A stretch of DNA of 64,000 nt, taken from contig JBBRTI010000002.1 of assembly GCA_038244585.1 (NCBI GenBank), forward strand, positions 258 through 64,257, given 5' to 3'. Below the pieces are notes generated by a model that worked only from the letters and a program-made list of their open reading frames with translations, was not told the DNA's origin and ran no database searches. Numbering within the stretch: the first letter of the stretch is position 1; every line of letters begins with the position of its first letter. The DNA is from Candidatus Saccharimonadia bacterium (lineage in GTDB: Bacteria; Patescibacteriota; Saccharimonadia; UBA4664). Positions 8,860 to 18,185 of the stretch are shown piece after piece. Position numbers and translations under genes: made by a program.

Positions 8860-9882
8860 TTATTTTACGACGATTAGCGCTGAATACATGCCCATGACAC
8901 AGGTCAGGCGGATAGTGCCCGCAACCTGAGGTGGCAGCAGAATGATTTGCGAGTCAGTCTCGCCCAGCAGTTTTTGAATATTTAGCGACGGAATGACAAG
9001 TGACCGGCCGCACCCTTGGGTATTATTGGTTGTCACTGTGAGCTTAATCGGGACGCCCGCCTTGGCTTCCATGACGGCCGGAGCGTAGGCTTGGTCGGTA
9101 ATCGTCATACTCAGTGCATTGTCGGTCGTTGCTACGACCGCAGGAACATCCGGTTGGATTTGCTTTAATGACTGGGTCACAGCGGCGTAGGATATTGGTG
9201 AACCGGCTAGCGTCAGCCCGCTGTCAACCGCTATCACTCCCAGGACTAAGACTGCCACCCCGGCCGTCTTCCAGAACCGTGACTGCCAGCGATTACCCAG
9301 TTTGGTTGTTAGGTAGGCTAGCGAAAAGAACAGAGGCGTAGTTCCCAGAACAAAGGCAAACAAAATTGCAGCACCCGTTACCGGGCTGCCACTGCCTACT
9401 GCCAGTGCCATCATGGCCTGGGTCACGCCGCACGGTATGAGCACGGTTAACGCGCCCAGGAAGGTGGGTGCTAGCCAATTGGCGTCGGCTTGTTTTGATT
9501 TACGCCGGATGTAACGCGTCGCAAACTTGGGCGGCGTTATGGCAAAGTGACGGAATATGGGATGGACGTTTAACAGACGGAATGCCGTGCCCACCATGAA
9601 CAGCCCGATTGCAATCTGGAGAATCGCCCGCATCAGTGGGGTCAGCTGTAGAAGCTGACCAAGCCATCCTAGAGCGGCCCCCAGTAAGGTATAGGACACC
9701 AGTTTGGCGCCCAAAAACAGTAGTATCGGCTGCGCGGACTGCCGGCGGGAGCGGACCGCTGCACCAGCGTCAGTTTCGGCAGGATCAGCCAATGCACTGG
9801 CCAGCATGCCGCCCTGAACCGCTAAACAGCTGAGACCGCCTGCCGTCAGCCCGGTCACGAATACGATTAATAAATTCGACAC
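8860..9882 (-). CDS. polytopic membrane protein (CcdA/DsbD-like TM domain with conserved Cys) fused to a C-terminal cupredoxin-like domain
   Basis: TM1 carries GLTAGGLSCLAVQGG and a later helix carries IPCGVTQ. The C-terminus ...GCGRSLVIPSLNIQ...AGTIRLTCVMGMYSALIVVK looks like Cupredoxin_1. Confidence 0.5.
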   Translation of the reverse strand: MSNLLIVFVTGLTAGGLSCLAVQGGMLASALADPAETDAGAAVRSRRQSAQPILLFLGAKLVSYTLLGAALGWLGQLLQLTPLMRAILQIAIGLFMVGTAFRLLNVHPIFRHFAITPPKFATRYIRRKSKQADANWLAPTFLGALTVLIPCGVTQAMMALAVGSGSPVTGAAILFAFVLGTTPLFFSLAYLTTKLGNRWQSRFWKTAGVAVLVLGVIAVDSGLTLAGSPISYAAVTQSLKQIQPDVPAVVATTDNALSMTITDQAYAPAVMEAKAGVPIKLTVTTNNTQGCGRSLVIPSLNIQKLLGETDSQIILLPPQVAGTIRLTCVMGMYSALIVVK

Positions 9883-9924
9883 GTAAATCTCCTCGTTATA
9901 GTACGTTTAGGTACGAACGAGTGG

Positions 9925-10263
9925 TCAATCGAGACGGTGAGAGTACAAGTCGATATAATTTGGCGACGGCCTGGCGTGGGCCGGTAAATAAAGTAGCAAA
10001 AATTGCCCACGCATCGGCAGGGCAATGGCGACAACGGCCATCACTCCCAATAACAAAGATAAGGCAGTAGTCGGCGTAAACGGTGCCGAATAGGGCAAAC
10101 GGCTGGCACCCAAACATAGGGTCAGACAGCTGGCACCGCCTTGATCCATCGTCACGGCGTGGTCTTGGTGTGCGGCCGACATGAGGGGTGCCGCACCAAA
10201 ACCGACGATACTCAACGCAACTGCCATGATTGCCGCTAGAATATATCTCGCTCGGGTATTCAT
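9925..10263 (-). CDS. small membrane protein, first gene of the copper operon
   Basis: Hydrophobic helices plus a His/Met-containing segment (SAAHQDHAVTMDQ). It is the first ORF downstream of the divergent promoter region. Confidence 0.35.
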   Translation of the reverse strand: MNTRARYILAAIMAVALSIVGFGAAPLMSAAHQDHAVTMDQGGASCLTLCLGASRLPYSAPFTPTTALSLLLGVMAVVAIALPMRGQFLLLYLPAHARPSPNYIDLYSHRLD

Positions 10264-10391
10264 GGTTTTATTGTACTGTACTCGTCAATATGAGGGCAAT
10301 TATCGCCGAAATGCAGACGAGCTCTCGGATTCGCCTCATATATATAAATTCAATAATTTGTAATCAAAAGCACTTCCAAACTCAAGTGTTA

Positions 10392-10400
10392 TGTTATAAT
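10392..10400 (+). promoter_or_regulatory. extended -10 element TGtTATAAT upstream of the FNR-like gene
   Basis: TGTTATAAT at 10392-10400 lies 15 nt before the ATG at 10415, inside the 150-nt AT-rich divergent intergenic region. Confidence 0.4.
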
Positions 10401-10414
10401 GTAGGTAAGTTCCC

Positions 10415-11617
10415 ATGTATAAATATATCGTTGAGAATGTAGAGCATATTACCGCCTCTACCTTGCTCCTGAGCTTAAGAAAGCGTGAGGGGGAGGGTCT
10501 CTTTTCGTTTCAAGCGGGGCAGTATGCCGCGATTAGTTTTGCTAATCATCACCGACCGACACCGGCCCGCTGTTTTTCAATAGTCAGCTCCCCGACAGAT
10601 CGGGACATATTGCAGTTCAGCATGCGGGTGAGAGGTCACTTCACTCGGGCGCTATCTGGCATTCAGATTGGTGACACCGTCAATGTTCGAGGGCCGTACG
10701 GTGGGTTTGTCGCCGACTTTGGTTTGGATACGGATGTCGTGATGCTAGCAGGCGGCATTGGCATAACCCCGTTCATAAGTATGGCTCGATATGCCGGCGC
10801 TGTTCAGTCAACCAGCAAGCTTACGCTGATATACAGCTGTGCAAACCAAGATGACATCCCGTTCCTAGAGGAGCTTAAACAGCTTGAGGTACAAAACCCA
10901 AATTTCAGGGTGATATTCGTGATTGGACAGGGACCCATGAACAAGCTGGCCGGTCAAGTGGCTGGTACGGGAAGAATCACCCCTGAAATTCTGGATTATT
11001 TATTCGCCACCAGGTATGCTGCCGCGACCTTTTTTGTCTGCGGCCCGCCACCCTTTATGAACGGCATGGTCAAGACCTTGCACTCAAAAGGCGTTGATAT
11101 GGTGCAGATTGTGACGGAAGCCTTTGCTCAGGGGTCACTTCGACAGTCCAGCTCCTTCCGTAGTTGGCCCCGGAGCGTGTACGTTCTTGGCTCGGCCGGT
11201 TTTGCACTTGGCAGCCTCGCGGTTATGGCCAGTGATCTTATCAAAACATTGCCGCCGTCGACAGATCTCGGTTCATCCAATGTTTCTACTAGAACTACGC
11301 TGACGAACTCGCGTCAAACCGATCTCGATTCACTGGTAAACAAGTTACAGCCGACCGCTAACGGGTCCCCGTCATCGGGCGCAGTCATCGCAGCTCAGCT
11401 CGCAGCCACTCCACCTACTGCCATCGCTGCGGCATCGGCCTCTAACCCGACCGCCAGGGTTGCGGCTGCGACTAATACCAGGACGGCAACCAACGCCGTT
11501 TCAAACACTGCGGCCGCTGGTACTAGTGTGGCCAAGCCCCCGGCTGCCACACCGATACCGGCTCCTCCACCAAAAAAATGTACGACAACCCAGAGCGGGG
11601 TTACGACTTGCATCTGA
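10415..11617 (+). CDS. FNR-like FAD/NAD(P)H oxidoreductase domain protein with a C-terminal TM segment and Ala/Thr/Pro-rich tail
   Basis: RCFS (RxYS-type FAD motif), GGIGITPF (NAD-binding GxGxxP) and a C-terminal FFVCGPPPFM are present. A hydrophobic helix and a low-complexity tail follow. Confidence 0.65.
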   Translation: MYKYIVENVEHITASTLLLSLRKREGEGLFSFQAGQYAAISFANHHRPTPARCFSIVSSPTDRDILQFSMRVRGHFTRALSGIQIGDTVNVRGPYGGFVADFGLDTDVVMLAGGIGITPFISMARYAGAVQSTSKLTLIYSCANQDDIPFLEELKQLEVQNPNFRVIFVIGQGPMNKLAGQVAGTGRITPEILDYLFATRYAAATFFVCGPPPFMNGMVKTLHSKGVDMVQIVTEAFAQGSLRQSSSFRSWPRSVYVLGSAGFALGSLAVMASDLIKTLPPSTDLGSSNVSTRTTLTNSRQTDLDSLVNKLQPTANGSPSSGAVIAAQLAATPPTAIAAASASNPTARVAAATNTRTATNAVSNTAAAGTSVAKPPAATPIPAPPPKKCTTTQSGVTTCI

Positions 11618-11637
11618 CGCAGCACGCCCAGACCAAG

Positions 11638-12570
11638 ATGGCCCTTGGCAGCGAGGTTACATTTAGATTGGTGGCAGCCTCATCTCAAGACCTAGACGAC
11701 GTATTCATTTCACTCTGGCAGCTGGTTTATAGCTTCGAACGAAAGTTCAGCCGCTTTCTGCCGGCTAGCGAGTTGTCGGCGTTTAACCGCGGAGCCGGTC
11801 AAAAAAATCCCGTTTCAGCTGAATTTCATACCTTGCTGGCGGTGGCCAAAGCCTTGGGCGAAACAACCGCCGGTTTATATAATCCGTTCATTTTACCCGC
11901 CCTGCAGCGTGCCGGCTATATGAACTCGGCAGCGCCCGGCTACGAAGGCGACGCAGCGATCGACTACTCGCAGCGGGCCGTCGCCCATGTCGATCAGCTT
12001 GTCATCGGCGACACTTGGGCTTCTATTCCGTTCAATACGGCTCTTGATATGGGCGGATGCGGGAAAGGCTATTTGGCCGACCAGCTGCGGGATGAGTTGG
12101 CTTTTCAAGGTCTGACTGGCTACCAGCTGTCATTCGGAGGCGACATCACGACCTACGGCCACGATGAACATGATGAGCCCTGGACCATTTATATCCAGGA
12201 TGCCGACAACCTTTCAGGCCGTCATGCTTTGGCGGTAGTCTGCCCCGTGGAGCCGTTCGCAGTGGCGACCTCTGGTACCTTCAGACGCAGTAACCAACCA
12301 GCAACTAAGGGCTGGCATCACATCATCGACCCCACTACGCTCGAGCCGGCGGTGACCGACGTCCGCCTGGCGACCGTTTGCGCCCCCATGACTTTGAATG
12401 CGGATGTGCTGGCGTCGTGTGCGGCTATCTTGGGTTCGCGGCGGGCGCCTGAGTTCTTGACGGATCGCAGCGCAATGGCTATGTTGCTTCAGTGCCAGGA
12501 CCAGTCCCGGAAGTACGATGCTAAAATTGATCGTTCAACCGATCATATATTATTGAAAACAATTAGCTAG
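11638..12570 (+). CDS. apbE: FAD:protein FMN transferase (ApbE family)
   Basis: FSRFLPASELSAFN, DMGGCGKGYLAD, VATSGTFRR and HHIIDP are all present. The start is uncertain (11578 or 11638) and there is no signal peptide. Confidence 0.75.
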   Translation: MALGSEVTFRLVAASSQDLDDVFISLWQLVYSFERKFSRFLPASELSAFNRGAGQKNPVSAEFHTLLAVAKALGETTAGLYNPFILPALQRAGYMNSAAPGYEGDAAIDYSQRAVAHVDQLVIGDTWASIPFNTALDMGGCGKGYLADQLRDELAFQGLTGYQLSFGGDITTYGHDEHDEPWTIYIQDADNLSGRHALAVVCPVEPFAVATSGTFRRSNQPATKGWHHIIDPTTLEPAVTDVRLATVCAPMTLNADVLASCAAILGSRRAPEFLTDRSAMAMLLQCQDQSRKYDAKIDRSTDHILLKTIS

Positions 12571-12574
12571 GCGG

Positions 12575-13294
12575 TTGTTCATGGGTAAGAATTTTTTGAC
12601 GGCGCTAGTGGTTTATATCGGCCTGTCTCTGGCGGCCCCGTTTGCAACCCAGGTCTATGCGCAGGGCGGATCAGGCGACATTATTGTTCAGACGATACCC
12701 GGACCCACGGTGGCAAGCCAACTGACTCACCGGACGGCATCCTCTTGGTCGTGGTATATTACGCGAGCCTCAGGACTGGTCGCTGCGGTTGCTCTAGTCA
12801 TACTTATGCTCTCGGGCATCGGTCAAGTCACAGGCTATACTTTTAGCTTCCTCGAGCCCTTAACTGCCTGGGCATCACACCGCGCACTGGGGCTGACGTT
12901 CGGCGTGGCCGTTCTGGTGCATATGTTTACGCTCCTCTTTGATCATTTTGTACCGTTTAGTCTTCTGAATATTCTCGTGCCGTGGCTGTCGGATTACAAA
13001 CCTGTAACAATCGCGGGCATCCACCTGGGCTCGCTCTTTGTGGCCCTTGGTGTCCTATCGTTCTATGCGTCCATCATGGTTGTGCTGTCATCGATCTTTT
13101 GGATTGATAAGAAGCCCTACATTTGGAAGATTACCCATTTGTTGTCGTACTTGATTATAATTGCCGTCTTTATCCATGCTTTGTACCTGGGTACGGACCT
13201 GCTGCACGGTTGGGCGCGCTGGCTCTGGGTTGCTTCCGGCAGCGCAGTCGCCGCTGCAACTCTACACCGTATGTGGAGGGCAAAAACGATATGA
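12575..13294 (+). CDS. ferric-reductase-like transmembrane (FRD) domain protein, putative bis-haem b-type cytochrome, with signal peptide
   Basis: The N-terminus has a signal peptide. TM helices carry paired His residues (HRALGLTFGVAVLVH, a H-x13-H pair, and FIHALYLGTDLLHG). Confidence 0.5.
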   Translation: MFMGKNFLTALVVYIGLSLAAPFATQVYAQGGSGDIIVQTIPGPTVASQLTHRTASSWSWYITRASGLVAAVALVILMLSGIGQVTGYTFSFLEPLTAWASHRALGLTFGVAVLVHMFTLLFDHFVPFSLLNILVPWLSDYKPVTIAGIHLGSLFVALGVLSFYASIMVVLSSIFWIDKKPYIWKITHLLSYLIIIAVFIHALYLGTDLLHGWARWLWVASGSAVAAATLHRMWRAKTI

Positions 13295-14208
13295 CTAGGG
13301 TATTGTTGCGAGCACGTCAACGGAGCCATTTTCGGTTGGTGTGGAGTATTACCATTGGTGTGATTCTGGTCCTTGTCACAGCCTGGGTATATAAAGCCGC
13401 GTCCAACGTCAGGACCCATACCTTGCCGGTCGGTGGTATTAAACTGAGCGTCCCATACTCCAAATATCTGGTAAATGAACCGATTACTTTCACGATTACA
13501 AATCTTTACAATAGCCCTATCTACATAGCCAACGCCTGCCCCTCGGAACCGCTGAGCGTCTACCGTCAGGTAAACGGCGTTTGGGTGAGGCTCCATGATA
13601 CCGCCACGGCCAAAGGTTGCAGCAAAGAGGACCGGAGAATTGTTGTGCCTGCAAATGGCTTCGTGAATGGCAATTTTTCCGCGTGGCCTCATTTGTTCAA
13701 CCAGCCCGGGCATTACCGGGTGGTGGCCTACGTTGAATATTATTCGGCTCTGGAATTCCAGGAATTCGATGTCATCGCCGTACCTCCGCCGTTCATTGCG
13801 GCCCTGTCGCCAGCCGCGACAACCGCCGCCGGCCAGACTTCAAATAACCCTGGTGCTTCGTCAGCGACGACGGCAAATCGAAGCACTACCGCAACCGGCA
13901 GTCGCCCGGCTCCAACTTACGCACCTCAGCATTATCAAATTACGGTAGACCGGTACGGCAATTACAATACGACAAACCTTAATTTGCACGTTGGTGATAT
14001 TCTTACTATCGTCTACACGCAACAAGGCCCCGACGAGATTCAGACTAACTTTACGCCTCTTTCCCCCTCAACACCGGGTATAGACAGCGTTACCGTCGAC
14101 CACGAAAATACGTCGAGGTCAATTATTTTGAGGTCAAAGGGCACATGGAGATACTCTGCGGCCCCTGACATCACTACCGGTAATTCGGGAACTCTGAACG
14201 TAAATTAA
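13291..14208 (+). CDS. membrane-anchored Ser/Thr-rich extracytoplasmic protein, function unknown
   Basis: ATG at 13291 overlaps the upstream stop (ATGA). It has an N-terminal TM, a Thr/Ala-rich linker and a beta-rich C-terminal domain. Confidence 0.45.
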   Translation: MTRVLLRARQRSHFRLVWSITIGVILVLVTAWVYKAASNVRTHTLPVGGIKLSVPYSKYLVNEPITFTITNLYNSPIYIANACPSEPLSVYRQVNGVWVRLHDTATAKGCSKEDRRIVVPANGFVNGNFSAWPHLFNQPGHYRVVAYVEYYSALEFQEFDVIAVPPPFIAALSPAATTAAGQTSNNPGASSATTANRSTTATGSRPAPTYAPQHYQITVDRYGNYNTTNLNLHVGDILTIVYTQQGPDEIQTNFTPLSPSTPGIDSVTVDHENTSRSIILRSKGTWRYSAAPDITTGNSGTLNVN

Positions 14209-14487
14209 AGCAGGCAAAATTAGGCATCATGGCTGCCGCTGCGGGGTAATAACTGCGTCCCAAGACGCGCCGACAACAGACTTCCGATTGAAAAACGTAC
14301 GGGTTGATGATATAGTAATCGTATCTTGATTGGACAGTCGTTACGCTGCCATAGGCTAGGTCACAGTCCTCACACGGACAAAGATTTTACCGAAACCAAG
14401 ACTCATACAATCGTCTTACACGCATACCTAGGTAGCTACGTAGTTGAGAAGTATAGAATACAATTTACGTAGCACAGAGGTTTATAC

Positions 14488-14787
14488 ATGCAGAACAAAT
14501 TATTCGTAGCCGGTCTCGACTTTAACGTCACCGACGAAACCCTTGGCGAGCTTTTTGCCGGCCAGGGAACAGTACAGAGCGCCAAGGTAGTCATGGACCG
14601 CGACACCGGCCGCTCACGCGGTTTCGGCTTCGTCGAGATGGCAACTGAAGCAGAGGCCAACGCCGCTGTCACAGCCCTTAACGGCAAAGACATCAACGGT
14701 CGCAGCCTGGTAGTAAACGTTGCTAAGCCTCAGGCTGGCGGCGGTGGTGGTGGCGGACGTTCGTCCGACCGCGGATCTCGCTACTAA
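14488..14787 (+). CDS. RRM-type RNA-binding protein with a Gly-rich C-terminus
   Basis: RNP-2-like LFVAGL and RNP-1 RGFGFVEM are present. The tail is GGGGGGGRSS. Confidence 0.85.
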   Translation: MQNKLFVAGLDFNVTDETLGELFAGQGTVQSAKVVMDRDTGRSRGFGFVEMATEAEANAAVTALNGKDINGRSLVVNVAKPQAGGGGGGGRSSDRGSRY

Positions 14788-14848
14788 CCCAGTGCGATTT
14801 TTTATTCCTCACGCCAAACCCTCAGAGTATGAGACTCAATACGCCAGC

Positions 14849-15121
14849 ATGATTGCTGCCGTGAAGGATCAAATGCGCTGGGTTATCGGCGAGAGGCGTA
14901 TTTACCGCATTGAATATACGCACGACAAAAAACGCCATTCCTTACAGGTTGGCGAGGTCGAGGCCATGGGCCGCGACTATGAAGTCTGCGCTATCCTCGA
15001 ATCGAACTCCTACGTTGCCATTACCAAAGACTTGCAGGGCAAGCACGGTGTGACGATCATGGTCGATAAAGATGAGGTTACCGCCTCAGAGGATTTTCAA
15101 GCGGTCAAAGTCGCCTCGTAA
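14849..15121 (+). CDS. hypothetical protein (90 aa)
   Basis: First in-frame ATG is at 14849. A strong terminator follows. No motifs. Confidence 0.35.
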   Translation: MIAAVKDQMRWVIGERRIYRIEYTHDKKRHSLQVGEVEAMGRDYEVCAILESNSYVAITKDLQGKHGVTIMVDKDEVTASEDFQAVKVAS

Positions 15122-15140
15122 CGAGCAATAAAGAGCAGCA

Positions 15141-15182
15141 AAAGAGACCCTCCCGGTATTAACTGGGAGGGTCTCTTTGTGT
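15141..15182. terminator. bidirectional intrinsic terminator (agagaccctccc / gggagggtctct, 12-bp stem)
   Basis: Perfect 12-bp stem, a 10-nt loop, T-run on the plus strand and A-run upstream. It lies between convergent genes. Confidence 0.8.
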
Positions 15183-15263
15183 ACTAAGACACATGTCTTG
15201 GCCACGAACAAAAGAAGAAGCCTCACTCGGGTAAAGTAAGGCTTAAGCGGACGGGGGATTCGG

Positions 15264-15497
15264 CTATTTCGGGACACGGATCATGCGCTTTTTGTTGTTC
15301 TCGATCAGCAGCACGGGCGTTCCGAGGTTGCGAGGCGGGTGCTGCGCCTCATTGCTGCGGATGATGAACCGGCCCCGTTTGCTGAGACCACCGTGTTTGC
15401 CGGTAGGCGGTTGGCTGGCTTTGACGGGCTTTAGACCTGAGGCAGCCTTTTTCGCTGACTTCGGCTCGGCACCGCGGGCACTCTTGCCTTTGGCCAT
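15264..15497 (-). CDS. small basic Lys-rich hypothetical protein (77 aa)
   Basis: ATG at 15497 has an AGGGGTG RBS. MAKGKSARGAEPKSAKKAAS... is a very basic N-terminus. Confidence 0.4.
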   Translation of the reverse strand: MAKGKSARGAEPKSAKKAASGLKPVKASQPPTGKHGGLSKRGRFIIRSNEAQHPPRNLGTPVLLIENNKKRMIRVPK

Positions 15498-15707
15498 ATC
15501 GTTCACCCCTTCCGAGGCGGGGAGCGGTTCAGTCAAGCCTAGATGGCTCAATTAATAGCTTAACACCTAATTAGGCGTAATAATTGATTGTCTATTGGTG
15601 TGTTTTAATTGCAGGATACATCCAAATATGTTATGGTACAGGCACTTATACGGATAATATCCCGCCAAGAGTACTTTTCCCCCATCGGTTCTTCGAAAGT
15701 TGAAACC

Positions 15708-16055
15708 ATGTCACGAAACCGAGGTTTAGAAGCTCGCCTTCGTCGCAAAACGACGGCCAGTAATGCGCAGCTGAAGATCAATTTTGCCGTACCGACGGAC
15801 CCACGGTTGCTGCAACCGCCCACCGATGAAGATTGTGTCTACAGCAATGGGATTTGCAAGACCCATTCTGTCGCGCTGCCGTCGGTGGATCGAACTTGGA
15901 CTATTACGGGTGTTCGGCTGGACGAAACAGGCCAGACAGCCACAGAAGAGGTTCTCGCCTATGCCTACGATTGCCGCGAGGCCCAAGAACATCTGGCCAA
16001 GATGTGGCCATGTCCCTCCATGCCAAGGGATAAGCTACGCATTGTTGCCCCCTGA
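15708..16055 (+). CDS. hypothetical protein (115 aa)
   Basis: ATG at 15708. No motifs recognised. Confidence 0.35.
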   Translation: MSRNRGLEARLRRKTTASNAQLKINFAVPTDPRLLQPPTDEDCVYSNGICKTHSVALPSVDRTWTITGVRLDETGQTATEEVLAYAYDCREAQEHLAKMWPCPSMPRDKLRIVAP

Positions 16056-16205
16056 ACCCACAACACTCCCGCCCACGAAAAGGCCCGCGCCTTTGCGTGG
16101 GCCTTTTCATTTATCAAACCAACCTCAAGTTCCTCTCCCATCCGACGACATAAATGGTATCCTTAAGGAGCAACCGGATACGGTTCCAATAAGAGGTATT
16201 ATTTC

Positions 16206-16475
16206 GTGAATAACAAATTATTTGTAGCTGGACTTGATTTTGGCATCGATGACGACGCCCTTTTAGATTTGTTTCAAGCCTGCGGTGACGTTTTAACGGC
16301 CCGGGTTGCCGTCGACCGGGATACCTCGCAATCCCGCGGGTTCGGGTTCGTGGAAATGGCCAGCGATGAGGAGGCTGAAGAGGCTATACGTGCGTTAGAC
16401 GGACAGACTCTGGCCGGACGCACCTTAGTGGTGAGTGTCGCAAAATCGTCCGGCGGCCGATCCGGCGGGCGATAA
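16206..16475 (+). CDS. RRM-type RNA-binding protein, paralog of 14488..14787
   Basis: GTG start with an AAGAGGT RBS. LFVAGL and RGFGFVEM are present. It shares about 60% identity with the first RRM protein. Confidence 0.8.
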   Translation: MNNKLFVAGLDFGIDDDALLDLFQACGDVLTARVAVDRDTSQSRGFGFVEMASDEEAEEAIRALDGQTLAGRTLVVSVAKSSGGRSGGR

Positions 16476-16742
16476 AACACAGTTCCACGGCCAAAATATC
16501 GTCATTATCTTGTGACATAACCTGCAAATATACATCGTTAACGTGTCAAAACGGTTAAGCTACGAATGACATTTTGAATTGACTTTAATCATAATTCATT
16601 GTAGCGTTTTATCCATGTAACAGACTCGATTGCCACAAGTGCTATCGGTCTGCGTGTTGTTTGACACATAAATTCCATTGTCCAAGTCGACAGCGGACGG
16701 CTAAGTGCTGTTCATGTCACAGCCTCAGAAAGAGGTGTCTCT

Positions 16743-18185
16743 ATGTTCAGTCCCTTTCAACGGCGTGATGTTGTCGACACAAGACGACAGAACCCGCAGC
16801 AGTATACCCAGCAGCGCCCCACACTAAATGTTTGGACGGTACTCAAACTGGCCGTGTATTCTCTGTGGTGGGTCGTCGGACTTTTCGTGGTTATGTCGGT
16901 GTTGATCAACCACGCTGCAGCACCCCTACAGACCTGGCTGTCGTCTCCAAGCGCGTCAACGCTGAGCGCCCTCAATAATGACGGCGACAGCACTACCTCT
17001 GCCCCGAGCAGTAACGCTGCGGCGGCTACGGCCGCCAAGCTCAGTTCATCGCCGACTGCTGTCGTCAACGATCAATTCCTGATGCAGCAATCCATGGATA
17101 TCAACGAAACGACGATCGCCCTACGGGCGAACCTCAATTCACCGACACCCAACCGGTTGTCTATCCTTGGCTACCCGGCGCTGAACCAAGCGCTCGACGG
17201 GTACCAAAAATCGATAGTGTCATTCAGGGACAACCAACCGTGGCTCTTCTGGCCATTGGCCTTGGTTGTGCTGGCGTTGGTGTTTCTCATTTTACCGGTA
17301 TCGCTGTCAATCCATCGTCAGCATGCCAAGGTCAACGGGCTGCCACCAAAGCATGTCCATCCCGCTACCGCGTTGGCGCTTTTGGCGGTGATTACCCTGA
17401 TGGTGATTACGCCGCTGCAGGCCATGTCGCTTACGCACACCCTGAGCGTTGCAACAGTCAGAAGCGCGTTCTTGGGTAGTTCGTTCAACGACCTCCAGCA
17501 GCGGTCACAGCGTGAGCTGATCGATGCTCCGGCGGCAGAAAGTATTCTCGGTCCTGCCGGGCGTACTGACACAGGTATCACCTATGTCACTGCCGTTCGC
17601 AACGGCGACCCCGTCACAGCCCAACAGGTGAAGGCTTTTGCCCACGAGAAGGCGACGAACCAGACCGCTATCGCGGTACCGGCTTCCTCGCTTATTCACA
17701 CCGAAGTTGTCAATATCCTGGAGCGTGTCACCTTGCTCGCGGCTCAGTTGGTCCAAGCCGTCCTCACTTTGCTGATGAGCCCCCTAGTGGCGCTCATGAT
17801 CATGCTGTTGGCGTTTTGGAGGAAAAACCGTAAATATGCTCTAGGGTATGTGGGGTCGGTCATTGTCCTGTTTATCGCGCTGGGGGTCTTTACTCTCGTC
17901 GGCAGCGGTATCGGTTGGTTTGACCTCTGGTTCAACTCAACCATGGCAGGTAGCGATCTAGGCTTCACGGCCGCCGTATTGACGATGCTCGCGTGGTTTG
18001 CGGCTTTCCACCTCTTGAGATGGATGGCGCTGCAGGCGCACGTGCGTGCCCGTACGGCCGTTCTCGAACGTCGGCAAGCTAAATCTATGGTTGACCATGA
18101 TGCCTCCTCACAGAGGCAGGTATTGGGTAAGTCACAGGTCAAGCGGCTGGCCGGGAGAGCGTCAGCCCGGAAGGGGCCCTCATGA
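16743..18185 (+). CDS. polytopic membrane protein, first gene of the T4SS-like cluster (function unknown)
   Basis: Multiple TM helices and a Ser/Ala-rich extracytoplasmic loop. Its stop overlaps the next gene start. Confidence 0.5.
   Translation: MFSPFQRRDVVDTRRQNPQQYTQQRPTLNVWTVLKLAVYSLWWVVGLFVVMSVLINHAAAPLQTWLSSPSASTLSALNNDGDSTTSAPSSNAAAATAAKLSSSPTAVVNDQFLMQQSMDINETTIALRANLNSPTPNRLSILGYPALNQALDGYQKSIVSFRDNQPWLFWPLALVVLALVFLILPVSLSIHRQHAKVNGLPPKHVHPATALALLAVITLMVITPLQAMSLTHTLSVATVRSAFLGSSFNDLQQRSQRELIDAPAAESILGPAGRTDTGITYVTAVRNGDPVTAQQVKAFAHEKATNQTAIAVPASSLIHTEVVNILERVTLLAAQLVQAVLTLLMSPLVALMIMLLAFWRKNRKYALGYVGSVIVLFIALGVFTLVGSGIGWFDLWFNSTMAGSDLGFTAAVLTMLAWFAAFHLLRWMALQAHVRARTAVLERRQAKSMVDHDASSQRQVLGKSQVKRLAGRASARKGPS

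Noticed and set aside
13123-13713. Minus-strand 198-aa ORF and plus-strand ORF start at 13123 overlapping the FRD gene end
   Set aside because: They overlap well-supported plus-strand genes. The 13291 ATG, coupled to the upstream stop, is a better start for the downstream gene.
14731-14760. GGCGGCGGTGGTGGTGGCGG repeat as a possible slippage or phase-variation tract
   Set aside because: It simply encodes the Gly-run of the RRM protein's C-terminal tail, a normal feature of glycine-rich RNA-binding proteins. It is not a homopolymer and nothing indicates phase variation.
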